The position numbers and the translations under genes are program-made. This document shows positions 12,558 to 24,790 of a stretch of 64,000 nt of DNA, in pieces. The stretch comes from Octopus sinensis (taxonomy: Eukaryota). Below the pieces are notes generated by a model that saw only the letters and a program-made list of their open reading frames with translations, ran no database searches and was not told the DNA's origin. Numbering within the stretch: position 1 is the stretch's first letter; every line of letters starts with the position of its first letter. The stretch spans positions 76,012,001 to 76,076,000 of the forward strand of contig NC_042998.1 of the NCBI RefSeq assembly GCF_006345805.1. Reading direction: 5' to 3'.

Positions 12558-14604
12558 CAATCCTTTCTAATATAGGCACAAGGCCTGAAACTTGTAGGAA
12601 GGGGGATAGTCAATCACATTGCCCCCAGTACTTGACTGGTACTTAATTTATCAACCTTGAAAGGATGAAAGGCACGGTGTAGAAAGCGTTAGCGTGAAAT
12701 GCATACAGGAATATACATTAGAATCAGTGTATACAGAAACGGGAGTACTGAAAAGAGTGGCAATATTGACAAAAGGTATTTTTTGTGCACATCATGGTGC
12801 TGTCTTGTATGTGAAATACTATAAAAGTTTGAGATGCAAAACCCTGCATTGCCAGGAGTGGGAAAAATATGCAAGAGAAATCAGGTTTAAGGTTGTGTGC
12901 AGCCAAAGGTGTGAGTAACTCATACATAGCCATGTGTGTTTACACCTGTGAGTTAATACAGCATATACCTGTGGGTCAGAATAATCACCATGTTGTTCAT
13001 AAATTCATGTGAATCTGAATATGGGATGTATAGTGAACTAATCCAGTTATTTTCCAAGCTTCTGAACAAAAGTAGCTGAAGTTGGTTGGCATCTCCTAAA
13101 TTTGTATAAATTGCTAGCAATGAATGTGTGCTTGCTAGGTGTCTGTGTTCATGTTATGATGCTAAATGCTTGAATTAATATTATAAATATGTGAATGTAT
13201 ACATGTCAACATGTGTGGAATGTATACATGTTCTTATGCATGCATGTGTGAGCAGAAATAAGATGGAATCTTTATACAAGTATAATCTTGATGAAGAAAC
13301 AGTTTTCTTCTTTCTTTTTAATGAGAAGAGGAGTGTACTGGTTGCTTTGGTGTCACTTGTACAACAATTGAAAAGGTGTTGAAAGTTCCTCACTGTTGTC
13401 TTCCACTTTTGCCAACTCTTCCATGATCAGCAGTTGCTTGGTGAATAGATGGAATCCTAGATCTTTGGCAGGATGTCTATTGGAAAGGTGCCAATCACAA
13501 ATGAAGTCTATGCACTGACAAATGTGAATATACAGAGATGAAAACTGTGCCTTTAAGTAGATGAACCACACAGTTTGATAATGTTGACTCTCAGGAATAC
13601 AAAAACTTTAGTCAATGTTAATGATGACAAGGTGGTATCGTTTTGGAAGTTGATGAAAAGCTATGTAGTATTCTTAAGATGTAGGTTACAAGAGTAACTT
13701 CAGGCTACAATGCTAGAAAAAGAGATATGCAGAAATAGTTTGACTGACATACTGACAATGTACTTGAAGTTACTTGATGTATTGAGAAGCTACAAGGCGT
13801 TGTCAAGACAGGGTCACCAGATGTAACAAAGGACTATTTTGGTTGGTTGATAGAAGAGAACAAAATATGTGTGAAGTTCCAAATACAAAATACTTATTGT
13901 TAGCACAAAAATGTCTTTGCAATGAATGACAGAAAAAAAGTATTTACACCAAGTGAGTTAGTTTATGCATGTCTGTAAGAGATGTGTGTGGGTCAGCAAT
14001 AACAGAAGACATTGAATTCCATAGCTGAATGAGTAGCATAAATTCTTGTAGAGGGTTGGCTTTGGCTGTGTTATGACCATTGACCAGGCACACCATTTAT
14101 ATATAGCCAAGTCCATCAAAGAAAAGATGAAATCATTAATAACAATCCCATATGTTGTTTATCACAATTGGGATATAATGAATTAAACATTAGTTGGTTC
14201 TCTTGTCTTTGCTGATCAACTATTTACTAATTAAAAAACAAAAATTCTTGATGTGTTTACCAGGATCTGAATGGGTAGTTGTTGCTGACATCATTAATCC
14301 TTGACAAAATTCTGTTCACATCTGAACACAGTAATTTCAGAATCAATTCCTAGGCAGTGAGTTGGTGCTTGAGACTCTACCAATATTCCTGTTACCAATT
14401 TATATGATTGTAAGCTAGAAGGAGTTGTGAAGGTGCTTAGTAAAGAAGCAGTGGATGGTAATAAACAGAAGGTCAGGAATTGCTTGTATTACTAATTTAG
14501 TAAAGTATGAATCTTCTATCTTTCCATAGAAGTTAAGAGCAAAAAATGTATGTATGTATGTCATTATTCAGTTTATTATGTATGTGCAGATTTGTATGTT
14601 TTCA

Positions 14605-15128
14605 AATTCGATGACTGGCGTCCGTGCTAGCGGGGTGCAGAGAGCACCATATGAGTGTGATCGTTGACAGAGCAGCTAACCGGCTTCCGTGCCAGTGGCA
14701 CTTAAAAGGTACCATTTGAGCGTGATCGTTACCAGCATCGCACTACTGGCAGTCGAGCCCTGTGCTAGTAGGGTATTAAAAGCACCATCCAAGCATGATC
14801 ATTGCCAGAGCAGCTATCTGGCCTCCATGCCAGTGGCACGTAAAAAGTACCATTCAAGCGTGATCGTTACCAGCATCACCTTACTGGCACCCGCGCTGGT
14901 GGCATGTGTAAAAGATTCGAGTGAGGTCGTTGCCAGTGCCACCTGACTGGCACGTAAAAGCACCCACTACACTCTCAGAGTGGTTGGTGTTAGGAAGGGC
15001 ATCCAGCTGTAGAAACTCTGTCAGATCAAGATTGAAGCCTGGTGCAGCCATCTGGTTTGCCAGCCCTCAGTCATACGTCCAACCCATGCTAGCATGGAAA
15101 GTGGACGTTAAACGATGGTGATGATGAT
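14605..15128 (+). mobile_element. RTE 3' UTR fragment with internal tandem units
   Basis: Repeated GTGGCACGTAAAAAG(C/T)ACC units, the common terminus and an (ATG)n tail. Confidence 0.8.
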
Positions 15129-15479
15129 ATATGTATTCTGATGCATATAGTTGCATATCTAGACATGCTCATATATATTTAAATCATAAACTTCTGGAAA
15201 GTTTTACAGATTTTTACAGTTCCAGTGATGGATTGGATCTGTAGTCGTATGTCAAGTCCTTCCATTGTTCAGAATGCAGGACAGACCACAGCCTGGTGCG
15301 AGCAAAGTTCCAGATGATGATCAGAATGAAAGAAAGAAGAGGACCAGTTGACATTCTTCTGTGTCTGAATGTCCATAAGATATATGACGGCATGGTGAGG
15401 AAAGAGCTTCAGAATTGTTTATCCAGCATTGAAAATATTACAGTGTGGGAAGATTTTCGAGACCAGGAAGATTTTCAAG

Positions 15480-15920
15480 ACCAAGCTGAAACACTGGGAT
15501 ATGCTATTGCCAGACACAGAGACTGATTTGATGAAAATGATGCTGAAGTTCAGTGACTACTGGTTGTAAAGTGCCATGCCCACAGTGTATTACGGTATTT
15601 CAGCTGTGCAGCAAAATCTAGCACTTGCCCACTGCAACAGTGTAAAATTACTACTGCAGCGATCTCTCAGGAAGATGCAGAATACCAAGTGGGAGGATCT
15701 TGCTTGAGATATTCAGGCTGCTGCTGATGCAAATGACAGCAGGAATCTTTACCATCTTATGAAGCAAGTTTATGGGCCTAAGAGCTCTGCATCAGTTCCT
15801 TCACTTTCCAAGGAGTCTTCTGCTCTGTTTACTATATCAACAGAGATCACAGGTTGCTGGACTGAACATTTTTCTGAACTTCTAAACCGTGAGTGAGTTG
15901 TGGATGAAGCAACATTGACC
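15480..15920 (+). mobile_element. Old RTE-1/BovB-like LINE remnant (different subfamily)
   Basis: RHRD*FDENDAE... and QAAADANDSRNLYHLMKQVYGPKSS are typical of the RTE linker region. Confidence 0.55.
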
Positions 15921-15969
15921 TCTCATTAGCTCCTTAAATTCCAGGACATTTAAAGACTGTGTAAAGTCC

Positions 15970-18380
15970 TCATTAAAGGCCTGTGAAATGCAGGAGGCTG
16001 ACTGGGAAAGCAATGTTTACAAAATAGTACAGCAACAATTATCTCTACCTATGCCACTCGACCAGGTCTGCCAAATGAACAAAAGGGTTCTTTTTATGAT
16101 ATTCTTTTGCAGACTACCTCAAAGACAAGTATCAGTGACCTTATCTTCATGGCTACAGTGTCCATAATGGCCATGGAGTTGGTGCTCATAATGAGGAGGG
16201 ATCAAGGCTACTGGAGTTCTGTGATGCAAATAATCTAATGATCTGCAACACCATCCAGTCACTTGATAACCAATCAATCTGGTGGCCAAACAAGCCAGAT
16301 TGACTACATTCTTACCAGAAAGCAAGATACATGGTTGTTCATAAATGCAAAGACCTTTCCTGGTGAAGAATGTATCTCCCAGTATAGATTAGTTATTAAT
16401 GACTCCGGACTACAAGCTAAAAGGATTCCACGAAGCAGACCAGTCTGGAAAAGAAGGATTTGGAAGCTTAAGGATCCTTTGAATAGTCAAAGATTTAGAG
16501 ACCTCCTAACTGAAGCATTTAATAAAAAGGAGAAGTTACAGACATGTAACATACAGGACAACTGGAAGTTTCTACAAAACAACTTACTGAGAGTCACAGA
16601 CCAAATTTGTGGTTGGTGCAAAGTCCCAACCACACTTAAGGCAACATGGTCCTGGAACAGTTGACAGGGCCATTAGAGAAAAGAAAAAGGCCTGGAAGGG
16701 TGGCAATAGGAAAGAACTATATCAAGTAGCTAGAAGGGAAGCTAGGAGACAGGTATGCTTAGCCAGGGGAGAAGCAGAAAGGAAGTTTGCCAATGTACTG
16801 CAGAGAGGGGACCAGTGGCTTGAGGTGTTTCAGTTTGCAAGACAATGTATCAGAGAAAATCATGATGTTATGGAAAATGTGGTGTTATGGTTAATTTTCA
16901 GTTAGTGACTCTGCAATGAAAGAGGTTTGGAAGTGCCAAACTATGAAAGGCTGCTAAAAGTAGAGAACTTATGGGAGAAGAAGAGTATGCCTAACATAGA
17001 CTCCCTACCCAGGAAATAGCTATCCAAATAGACAGTAGCTTGGTAGATAAAGCAATTAGGGATTTGCAGACAGGCAAAACCCTTGGCCCATCAGGAATCA
17101 TTGCTGAGATGCTTAAAATATCTGGTGAAATAGGATATGGTCTAGTCACCTGTATCAGGTTGTCCACAAGGGATTCATACCTAATGACTGGTGTAGATGC
17201 ATTAAAGTCAAATACTACAAATGTAAAGGTGATGCCTTGGACAGAAATAATTAAAGAAGTATCAATTTTCTGGACCTGGTGATGAAAGTTACAGAGAAGT
17301 TCATGGCTCAACTAATTAGGAAAGAGAGTTAGTCTAGATTAAATGCAATTTGATTTTGTGCCAAGAAGCACTACTGATGCTGTATTCCAGGTAAAGCAGC
17401 AGCAGGAGAAGTATCTAGCTAAAAATAAACCTCTGTACTACAGTTTTCTTAACATGGAGAAAACCTTTGACAGGGTTCCCCTCTCCGTTATACGGTGGTC
17501 GATGTGGAAGCTAGGAATAGAAGAGTGGTTGGTAAGAGTTGTACAAGCCATGTACCGGGATGCTGTCAATAAGGTGAAAGTCAGCAATAAGTAAAGTAAT
17601 GAATTCAGTGTACAGGTAGGAGTTCACCAAGGGTCAGTTCTCAACCCCCTCTTGTTTATCATAGTTCACCAGGCCATAACAGAGGAATTTAAGACTGGCT
17701 GCCCTTGGGAGCTCCTCTATGTTGATGACCTTGTTCTTATGCAAATGCTTGAAAGAAATGAAGCTATCATGCTCTGCTGGATGATAGCTTCATTTCTTTC
17801 TCAGTAATAGATGTCAGTACACATCTATTACTGAGTGTACGTGTCTTAAGAGAAAAATTAGGTATAAGAAGCATCAAATGTGGTATGCTAGCAAGAAGAC
17901 TGCACTGGTATGGTGATGTGATGCATATGGATGAGGACAGTTGCATAAAGAAGTGCTGATCTCTAATTATGGAGAGAACACGTGGATGTAGAACAAGGTG
18001 GTGAAATACGATCTTTGGATGTTAAGTCTCATGGAGATGTTGAAAAATGACCGAGAGTTCTGGTGATTTGCTGTACTTGAGAAGACATGTCAAGCTGTGT
18101 GAAATTGTGGATAGTGCCAGTGACACATGAAAAACACCTGTGCTGGTGAAACATAAAAGGCGCCCATACCAGTGGCATGTAAGAGGCACCTGTACCAGTG
18201 ACACGTAAAAGACATCCAGTACACTCTGTAAAGAGGTTAGCATTAGGAAGGGCATCCAGCCGTAGAAACAATTCAAAACAGATGACAGGTGTCTGGTGCA
18301 GCTGTCTGATTTATTAGCTCCTGTCAAACCTATGCCAACATGGAAAACGGACGTTAAATGATGATGATGATGCTGATGAT
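15970..18380 (+). mobile_element. Long decayed RTE LINE (APE endonuclease + RT) with an internal deletion
   Basis: SQIDYIL, PSGIIAEMLK, STTDAVF, EKTFDRVP, GVHQGSVL and LLYVDDL, with many stops and frameshifts. (ATG)n tail. Confidence 0.88.
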
Positions 18381-18579
18381 GGTTTAAGTTTAATAATGAA
18401 ACTCCATTTCTTTATGTTGACATAAAAATACAAATTCTGGATTATTTAGCTAAAATGTATTGTTTATTTACTTCGGAAAGTATGCTCAGTAAAATGTGTA
18501 GAATAATCAATATCTAATAGCAAATATATGATGAAAAAAAAAATTCATGTATCTTTCTTGTTCCCAACCTGAAACTAAA

Positions 18580-18707
18580 TGCAACGCGGACAAAATTTAA
18601 GCTAGAGGTGATAATGCGTTAACACCGTTCCTAACCAGACAAAATTTGTTCTGCGTATTTCGCGAAGTTTCGTTTGATTCGTGCTGAACCGATAGTTTAC
18701 AGTAAGT
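18580..18707 (+). promoter_or_regulatory. Candidate GHITM promoter and non-coding first exon (donor GTAAGT at 18702)
   Basis: Local cluster of CpGs in a CpG-poor background, a TTCGCGAA palindrome and a consensus donor. The GHITM ATG exon starts at an acceptor, so an upstream exon must exist. Confidence 0.5.
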
Positions 18708-18750
18708 GAACAAAATCTCTTCTTATTGATTATCTGAAATAGCAAGTATA

Positions 18751-18783
<33 letters not shown>

Positions 18784-19456
18784 TGTTGTTAGTGATTTAA
18801 CTGCCAAAATATTGTATCTGATGCAATCTTAACTAATAGTGTTTTCATTAAGACATTTTTTTCTTTCCGAATTCGGTTTAATAATTCTTTCGTCTTTTAT
18901 AGTCAGCTACATCATCGTTTTTGGTTCAACTTGTTTAAATTCAGAAATTACTATGAAACCAATATATATGGTGAACCAATATAAATTGGTTCAGATTTAC
19001 TAAAATATATGGAAGCCTAGTTTGTTCATTTTGAAAGTTCTTTTAAAATGAAATTATATGAATTTAATTAAAATATTTCCCAATAGAAAAATTTATTTTA
19101 TTAACCTGAACTTAGTTTTTGTTTTGTATCTCAACGTTGACGCTTTTTAAAATCTTTTTTAACTATTGCGATGTTAAAACTTGTTTATGTAACCTTTTAG
19201 GAAGGTTAACCTACGTTCACGTCTTTCACTATTTCTCTCTCGATTCGCTTCTCTCTTTTCCCCCACCCCAGCTCGCATTCACCCCTTAATTTGTATCAGA
19301 CCATTTCGAAGTCTCTTTGGGATATTGTTTAGGGAAATTTACTTTGTCTTACAAAATTACCATAAATATATATTTGACTTTGGTTCTAGAATATAAGGTT
19401 CTGTTGGTATAGTAGTAAGCATATGATGTAACTTACACATCTATGAGGCGTATGTG

Positions 19457-19616
19457 CAGTGCCGTCATGACACACTGGCCAATTGCCCACGGGCTTCGTG
19501 GGTCTAGGGGCGCAGTTGTGATCTATTTATGCTTTGGTTTGCTCTTAATGAATATATGCAAGCGGGCCCAGTGCATTGATTTGCCCAAGGGCCTATGAGC
19601 TGCTCAGGTGGCCCTG
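19457..19616. mobile_element. hAT-like MITE
   Basis: Ends CAGTGCCGTC / GGTGGCCCTG, with degenerate 8-bp flanks CGTATGTG / CTTATGTA. Confidence 0.5.
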
Positions 19617-20787
19617 CTTATGTAATGTCTCTTATTCATATATTGCCAATGTTGGCTTTCCTCAGGATTAGCAAATACTTCAAAGGTTCATCAACTAATA
19701 ACCCTTTACTAGTCTCAAGTGATCCCTATAATGGAATACTATTCACATCTGGGACGATGCGTCTACTACCACTACTACTACACACACAGTCTAGACATTT
19801 TCGAAACAAATAGAAAACGAAAATATCGACTGATTTTTTTTTTTAGGCCCCGCATGGTCGCAGTCTAAGCACAAAGAATAAAATGATTGACACAAAGTTG
19901 CCCGACAGTATGCTCCGATCACTAGTCAATAGACGTGGTCTTCTCACTACTTTTCCTATTGCTGTCACAGTTGTCTTCACTTCTTTCGAGTTTGACTTCA
20001 GATTCTCCATTCCCTCCCTTCGTCAGCTCATTGTCCCGACTCTCATCCCCAGACCTTGCTTTATCGCTTTAACTACTTCACTTAGTCTCACCTACTTCGA
20101 ATGTCAATCCTCTGGGATTTTACTCCTCTTGTTTGCTTACAACCGTTAATTTGTCATTATACCAGAGGATGAATAACCATGTCTCAAACCCTCCTCCAAA
20201 CCACTTGTTACGCTCTTTGGACTGCAGTCATACTGGGACACCATCATGAAGGGCTCATCTGAATAAATCGACCCCAGTACTTAGTTTTGGAAGCCTGGTA
20301 CATATTCTATAAGTTGCTTTTGATAAATTGCTAGGTTACGGGGATGTAAACAGACCTGCTGTCAAGTAGTGATGGGAGACAAAGACGAGCATACACACAC
20401 ATAAACATAGGCTTCTTTCAGTTTCCGTCTACCAAGTCCACTCACAAGGCTTTGGTCAGACCAAGGCTGTAGTAGAAGACACTTGGCAAAAGTGTCACAC
20501 AGTGGGACTGAATTCAAAATCATGTGGTTGGGAAGCAAATTTCCTTCACATAGCTACAGCTAAGTCAATTAATAAAAATAGGAAGTTAGTGAAACGTAGG
20601 AAAGGAAAGATGATTTACATTTTGTTAAAAAGGTAAACTTTCTTTTCTGAAGGACAGCCTGCTCTATAGTAAAATGTATGTACAGGAAACAGATTTTACA
20701 TCTCAGTAAAAATTACAGAGTGCTGTACATGCAATATGAATCTGAATAGTTGAGTTATATTGTGTTAGCAGTATAATGTAAATGATT

Positions 20788-21004
20788 ATGGTGGCAAGCT
20801 GGCAGAATTGTTAGCATGCTAGGGAAAATGCTGAGCAGTATTTCATCTGTCTTTACATTCTGAGTTCAAATTCTGCTGCGGTCAGCTTTGCCTTTTTTCC
20901 TTTTGGGGTTGATTAAATAAGTACCAGCTGAGCACTGGGGGTCAATGTAATCGACTTACTCCTCCTTCTGAAATTGCTGGCCTTGTGCCAAAATTTGAAA
21001 CCAA
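20788..21004 (+). mobile_element. tRNA-derived SINE with 16-bp TSD
   Basis: TATAATGTAAATGATT occurs at 20772-20787 and 21005-21020. Confidence 0.9.
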
Positions 21005-21714
21005 TATAATGTAAATGATTGATGCTAGTTGAGTAAATTGCCAGAAGTGGTAGGTGGTAAGGAAGATTTAAAATTCATTTCCAGCTTGGTTCAGTTGTTT
21101 CAAAGACATAAAGCAGTGGTTCTTAAACTGACACAAATCACAGTCATCCACCCCCACATACACACATACACAAATTAATGAGAACACAATAGAGCTTACG
21201 TCTGTGTAATTCCTTTTGGTATGGTGTTGGACAAGTTTAAAACTTCAAAACCACCTTTTTTTTTTATTATTAAATATGACAATTTTTCTGCTGTCTCTTC
21301 ATTCTTCTCAGCCCCCGCTTTAATGAGGAACTGAATTAAGACATTGGGATGGCATAAAATTAAGACCAGTAAATATGGTGTTATTTGGGTACATCAAATC
21401 CATTCTAGAACAGAAGCATGTCAAAAGGATTAATTGTAACTAAAATTAAAATCTTAACAGTGAAACCTTATTCATAAGAATGATTTTTTTCCCCTTTTTT
21501 TATCTTTAGATAGTTTGATGATACATATTTATATTTGCAAGAATTGTCATGAAAGTCTTTGTATGAATATAAACAAGATGTTCAGGTTAAACTTGACAGT
21601 TTGCATAAAAAGAAAAGAAAACAATATCCCATCCAAAAATAAGAGTATTTTAAAAAATCAAAACATATCAACTAGATTATGGTTGGGTGATAACCATTTA
21701 TTCAAATCCGCCAT

Positions 21715-22037
21715 CTTCAGCTGGCCCCCGTGCCGGTAGCACGTAAAAAGCACCATCCATTCGTGGCCGTTGCCAGCGCCGCCCCGACTGGCCTCCGTGC
21801 CGGTGACACGTAAAAGCACCATCCGTTCGTGGCCGTTTGCCAGCTCCGTCTGGCACCTGTGCGGGTGCCACGTAAAAAGCACCCACTACACTCGCGGAGT
21901 GGTTGGCGTTAGGAAGGGCATCCAGCCGTAGAAACACTGCCAGATCAGACTGGGCCTGATGCAGCCTTCTGGCTTCACAGACCCCAGTTGAACCGTCCAA
22001 CCCATGCTAGCATGGAAAACGGATGCTAAATGATGAT
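21715..22037 (+). mobile_element. Young RTE 3' end (CpG-retaining)
   Basis: Same 3' UTR and tandem units as the other copies but with CpGs intact. (ATG)n tail. Confidence 0.85.
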
Positions 22038-22047
22038 GTGTGTGTAT

Positions 22048-22386
22048 GGTGCATGGTTCAGTGGTTAGAGCGTTGGGCTCACAATCATGAGGCAGTGAGT
22101 TCGATTCCTGGACCGGGCTCTGTGTTGTGTTCTTGAGCAAAAGACTTTATTTTACATTGCTCCAGTTCACTCAGCTGTAGAAATGAGTTGTGACATCACT
22201 GGTGCCAAGCTGTATCAATCTTTACCTTTCCCTTCAATAACATCGGTGACATGGAGAGGGGAGGTTGGTATGCATGGGTGACTGCTGGTCTTCCATAAAC
22301 ACCCTTGCCCAGACTTGTGCTTTGGAGGAAAACTATCTAGCTGCAATCCTATGGTCATTCATGACTGAAGGAGGTATTTACCCTTT
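22048..22386 (+). mobile_element. tRNA-derived SINE, second family; related head at 39081-39392 and tail fragment at 24322-24474
   Basis: A-box TGGTTCAGTGG, B-box GTTCGATTCC and core TTGCTCCAGTTCACTCAGCTG. Confidence 0.8.
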
Positions 22387-22404
22387 ATATATATATATAA
22401 GGAT

Positions 22405-23915
22405 CAGTCCTCAGCCTCCTCTTTATTATAGTCCTCCAGGCAATAACAGAGGAATTCAAAACAGGCTGCCCCTGGGAGCTCCTCTATGCTGATGACCTTG
22501 CTCTAATAGCCAAGTCACTGCCAGAACTAGAGACGAAGTTTAGGGTGTGGAAGCAAGGTCTAGAGTCAAAGGGCCTTAGAGTTAACTTAGCAAAAACCAA
22601 AGTGTTAGTAAGTAGGGAGGCTGTCAAATCACAAACCTCTTTCAAGTAGATGGCCCTGCTCAATCTGTAGTAAAGGCATGGGTAGAAACTCCATATGATG
22701 TACCCGGTGTAAGCTATGGACAGATAAAAGGTGCAGCATTTTCAAAGGAAGGTTAACCAGATGCACATGGACAGTAAACACTGAAGTAATTAATAGCTTC
22801 TGCTACCTAGGTGACCAAGCCTGTAGTGGAGTGGTTGGTCTAAGAGTGTAGTGGCTAGAAGCCTGGGTTAAGTTCAGGGAGCTCCTACCTCTGCTGGCAA
22901 CTGAGGGTAAAACATGGGCTATGACTCCTGAGGACATACGTAGGCTTGAAAGAAATAAAGCTAGTATGATCCGCTGGATATGTAATGTTAGTGTGCATGC
23001 ACGACAGAGTGTAAGCACCCTGAGAGAAAAGTTGGGCATAAGAAGCATCAAAGGTGGTGTGGAAGAGACACAACTGCCCTGGTATGGTCATGTGCTACGT
23101 ATGGATAAGGACAGCAGTGTGAGGAAGTGCCACTCCCTGTGGAAGAGGTAGACCCAGGAAGACATAGGATGAGGTGGTGAAGCATGACTTTCAAACATTA
23201 AGCCTTACAGAGGCAATGACAGGAGACCAAGACCTTTGGAGATATGCTGTGATTGAGAAGACCCAGCAACTAAAGTCAGATTGCAGCCATGCATGTCCAG
23301 CTCAGCTAAGAAGACCTGTTGAGTCAAGTAAAACCAATATTGTAGCTGCGGCCAGTGCCCCTTGACTAGCTCCCATGCTAGTGGCACATAAAAAGCACCA
23401 TCTGAACATGGCTGATGCCAGTACCCCCAGACTGTCTCCCATGCCAGTGGCACATAAAAACCACTAACCAAATGTGATCAATGCCAGGACTGCCTGACTG
23501 GCCCCCATGCCGGTGGCACACAAAAGGCACTATCTGAATGTGGCCAATGCCAATACCCCCTGACTGGCTCTCATGCTGGTGGCACATAAAAAAAACACCA
23601 TCTGAATGTGGATGATGCCAGTACCTGCTGACTGACCCCTGTGGCATGTGAAAAGCACCATCTGAATGTGATCAATACCAGGCACGTAAAAAGCACTATC
23701 TGAATGTGATCGATAACACGCCTGCCTGACTAGTTTCTATGCCGGTGGCATGTAAAAAGCACCCACTACACTCTTGGAGTGGTTGGCACTAGAAAGGGCA
23801 TCCAGCTGTAGAAACATTACCAGAAAAGATTGGAGCCTGGTGCAACCACTGGCTCTACAGACCTCAGTCAAATCATCCAACCCACGCTAGCATGGAAAAC
23901 AGATGTTAAATGATG
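22405..23915 (+). mobile_element. RTE LINE 3' part with a 7-unit tandem array in the UTR
   Basis: PWELLYADDLAL and LERNKASMIRWICNV, with a tandem ~65-bp unit at 23350-23765. Confidence 0.88.
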
Positions 23916-24249
23916 ATATGATATATAATTTTGTGTGATACTAATGTACAAATTTAGTGGAGAAAAAATTTTATGCTTACATAGATATATACAAATCATA
24001 ACCATTCAGCCACCAGGTTACATAGAAACAACTCCTGTTCACTCTACCACTTGACAATAGAACTGCCACTAGACGCATTTACTCAACCATGTCAGCCTTA
24101 ATTTTCTGCACAAAAAATATTGTCACATGATATTAATGCAAGACCATAGCCCAAACCTACAAAAATTTCTAAGCCTAATCACCTGACTATACTCCACCAC
24201 ACTTGACAGATTAAGTTCAGAGAGTGTTGATTGTCTGGGACTGTCATTT

Positions 24250-24790
24250 GACATGTTCACTCAACTGTGACAGCTTTAGTAGTGGTGGGAGGGGAGCTTA
24301 CAAATAACATCAGTTATTGAATAACATCAGTGACATGGAGAAGGAAGGCTGGGGTGCATAGATAACTGCTGGTCTTCCACAAACAACCTTTTCTGAACTT
24401 GTTCTTTGGAGGGGAGCTTTCTAGGTGCAATCCTATGGTCATTCATGACTGGATGGGGTCTTTACCTTTTACCTATGAATATGCCACTCTTCGTATTGAA
24501 ATACCCGATATGAAAAGACCTACTGTCCAGAAAAATAGTAACCTTGAATGTGATAGAACTTGTTACAAATGTGGCAACTATGAATTTACACATACTGGTA
24601 ACGTTTCCACTCTTTCAATTCAAAATGTATCTCCAGAAGATTTGACCTGTCGTTTTTGTGATGACAGTCCCTGCCAAAACAAAAACCCAGTGAGGTGATA
24701 AAAAGTGACACATCAGGAGCCAGCAGTGTCATAGTTGAATGCAGCCTTGGCATTTGGATTACAATCATTGTCATCCTGTACATAATGTAA
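24250..24790 (+). pseudogene. Putative Ig-like membrane-anchored protein pseudogene, interrupted by a SINE fragment
   Basis: Reconstructed as VVVGGELT/ITSVIE-[SINE]-YATLRIE...STLSIQNVSPEDLTCRFC.../...SGASSVIVECSLGIWITIIVILYIM*. Confidence 0.4.

Noticed and set aside
22048-22120. tRNA genes at SINE heads (also 39081 and 52353)
   Set aside because: The A/B boxes continue into SINE bodies with tails or TSDs, and no proper cloverleaf is evident.
23350-23765. CRISPR-like repeat/spacer appearance
   Set aside because: The intervening sequences are homologous to each other, the array sits inside an RTE UTR, the DNA is eukaryotic and there are no cas genes.
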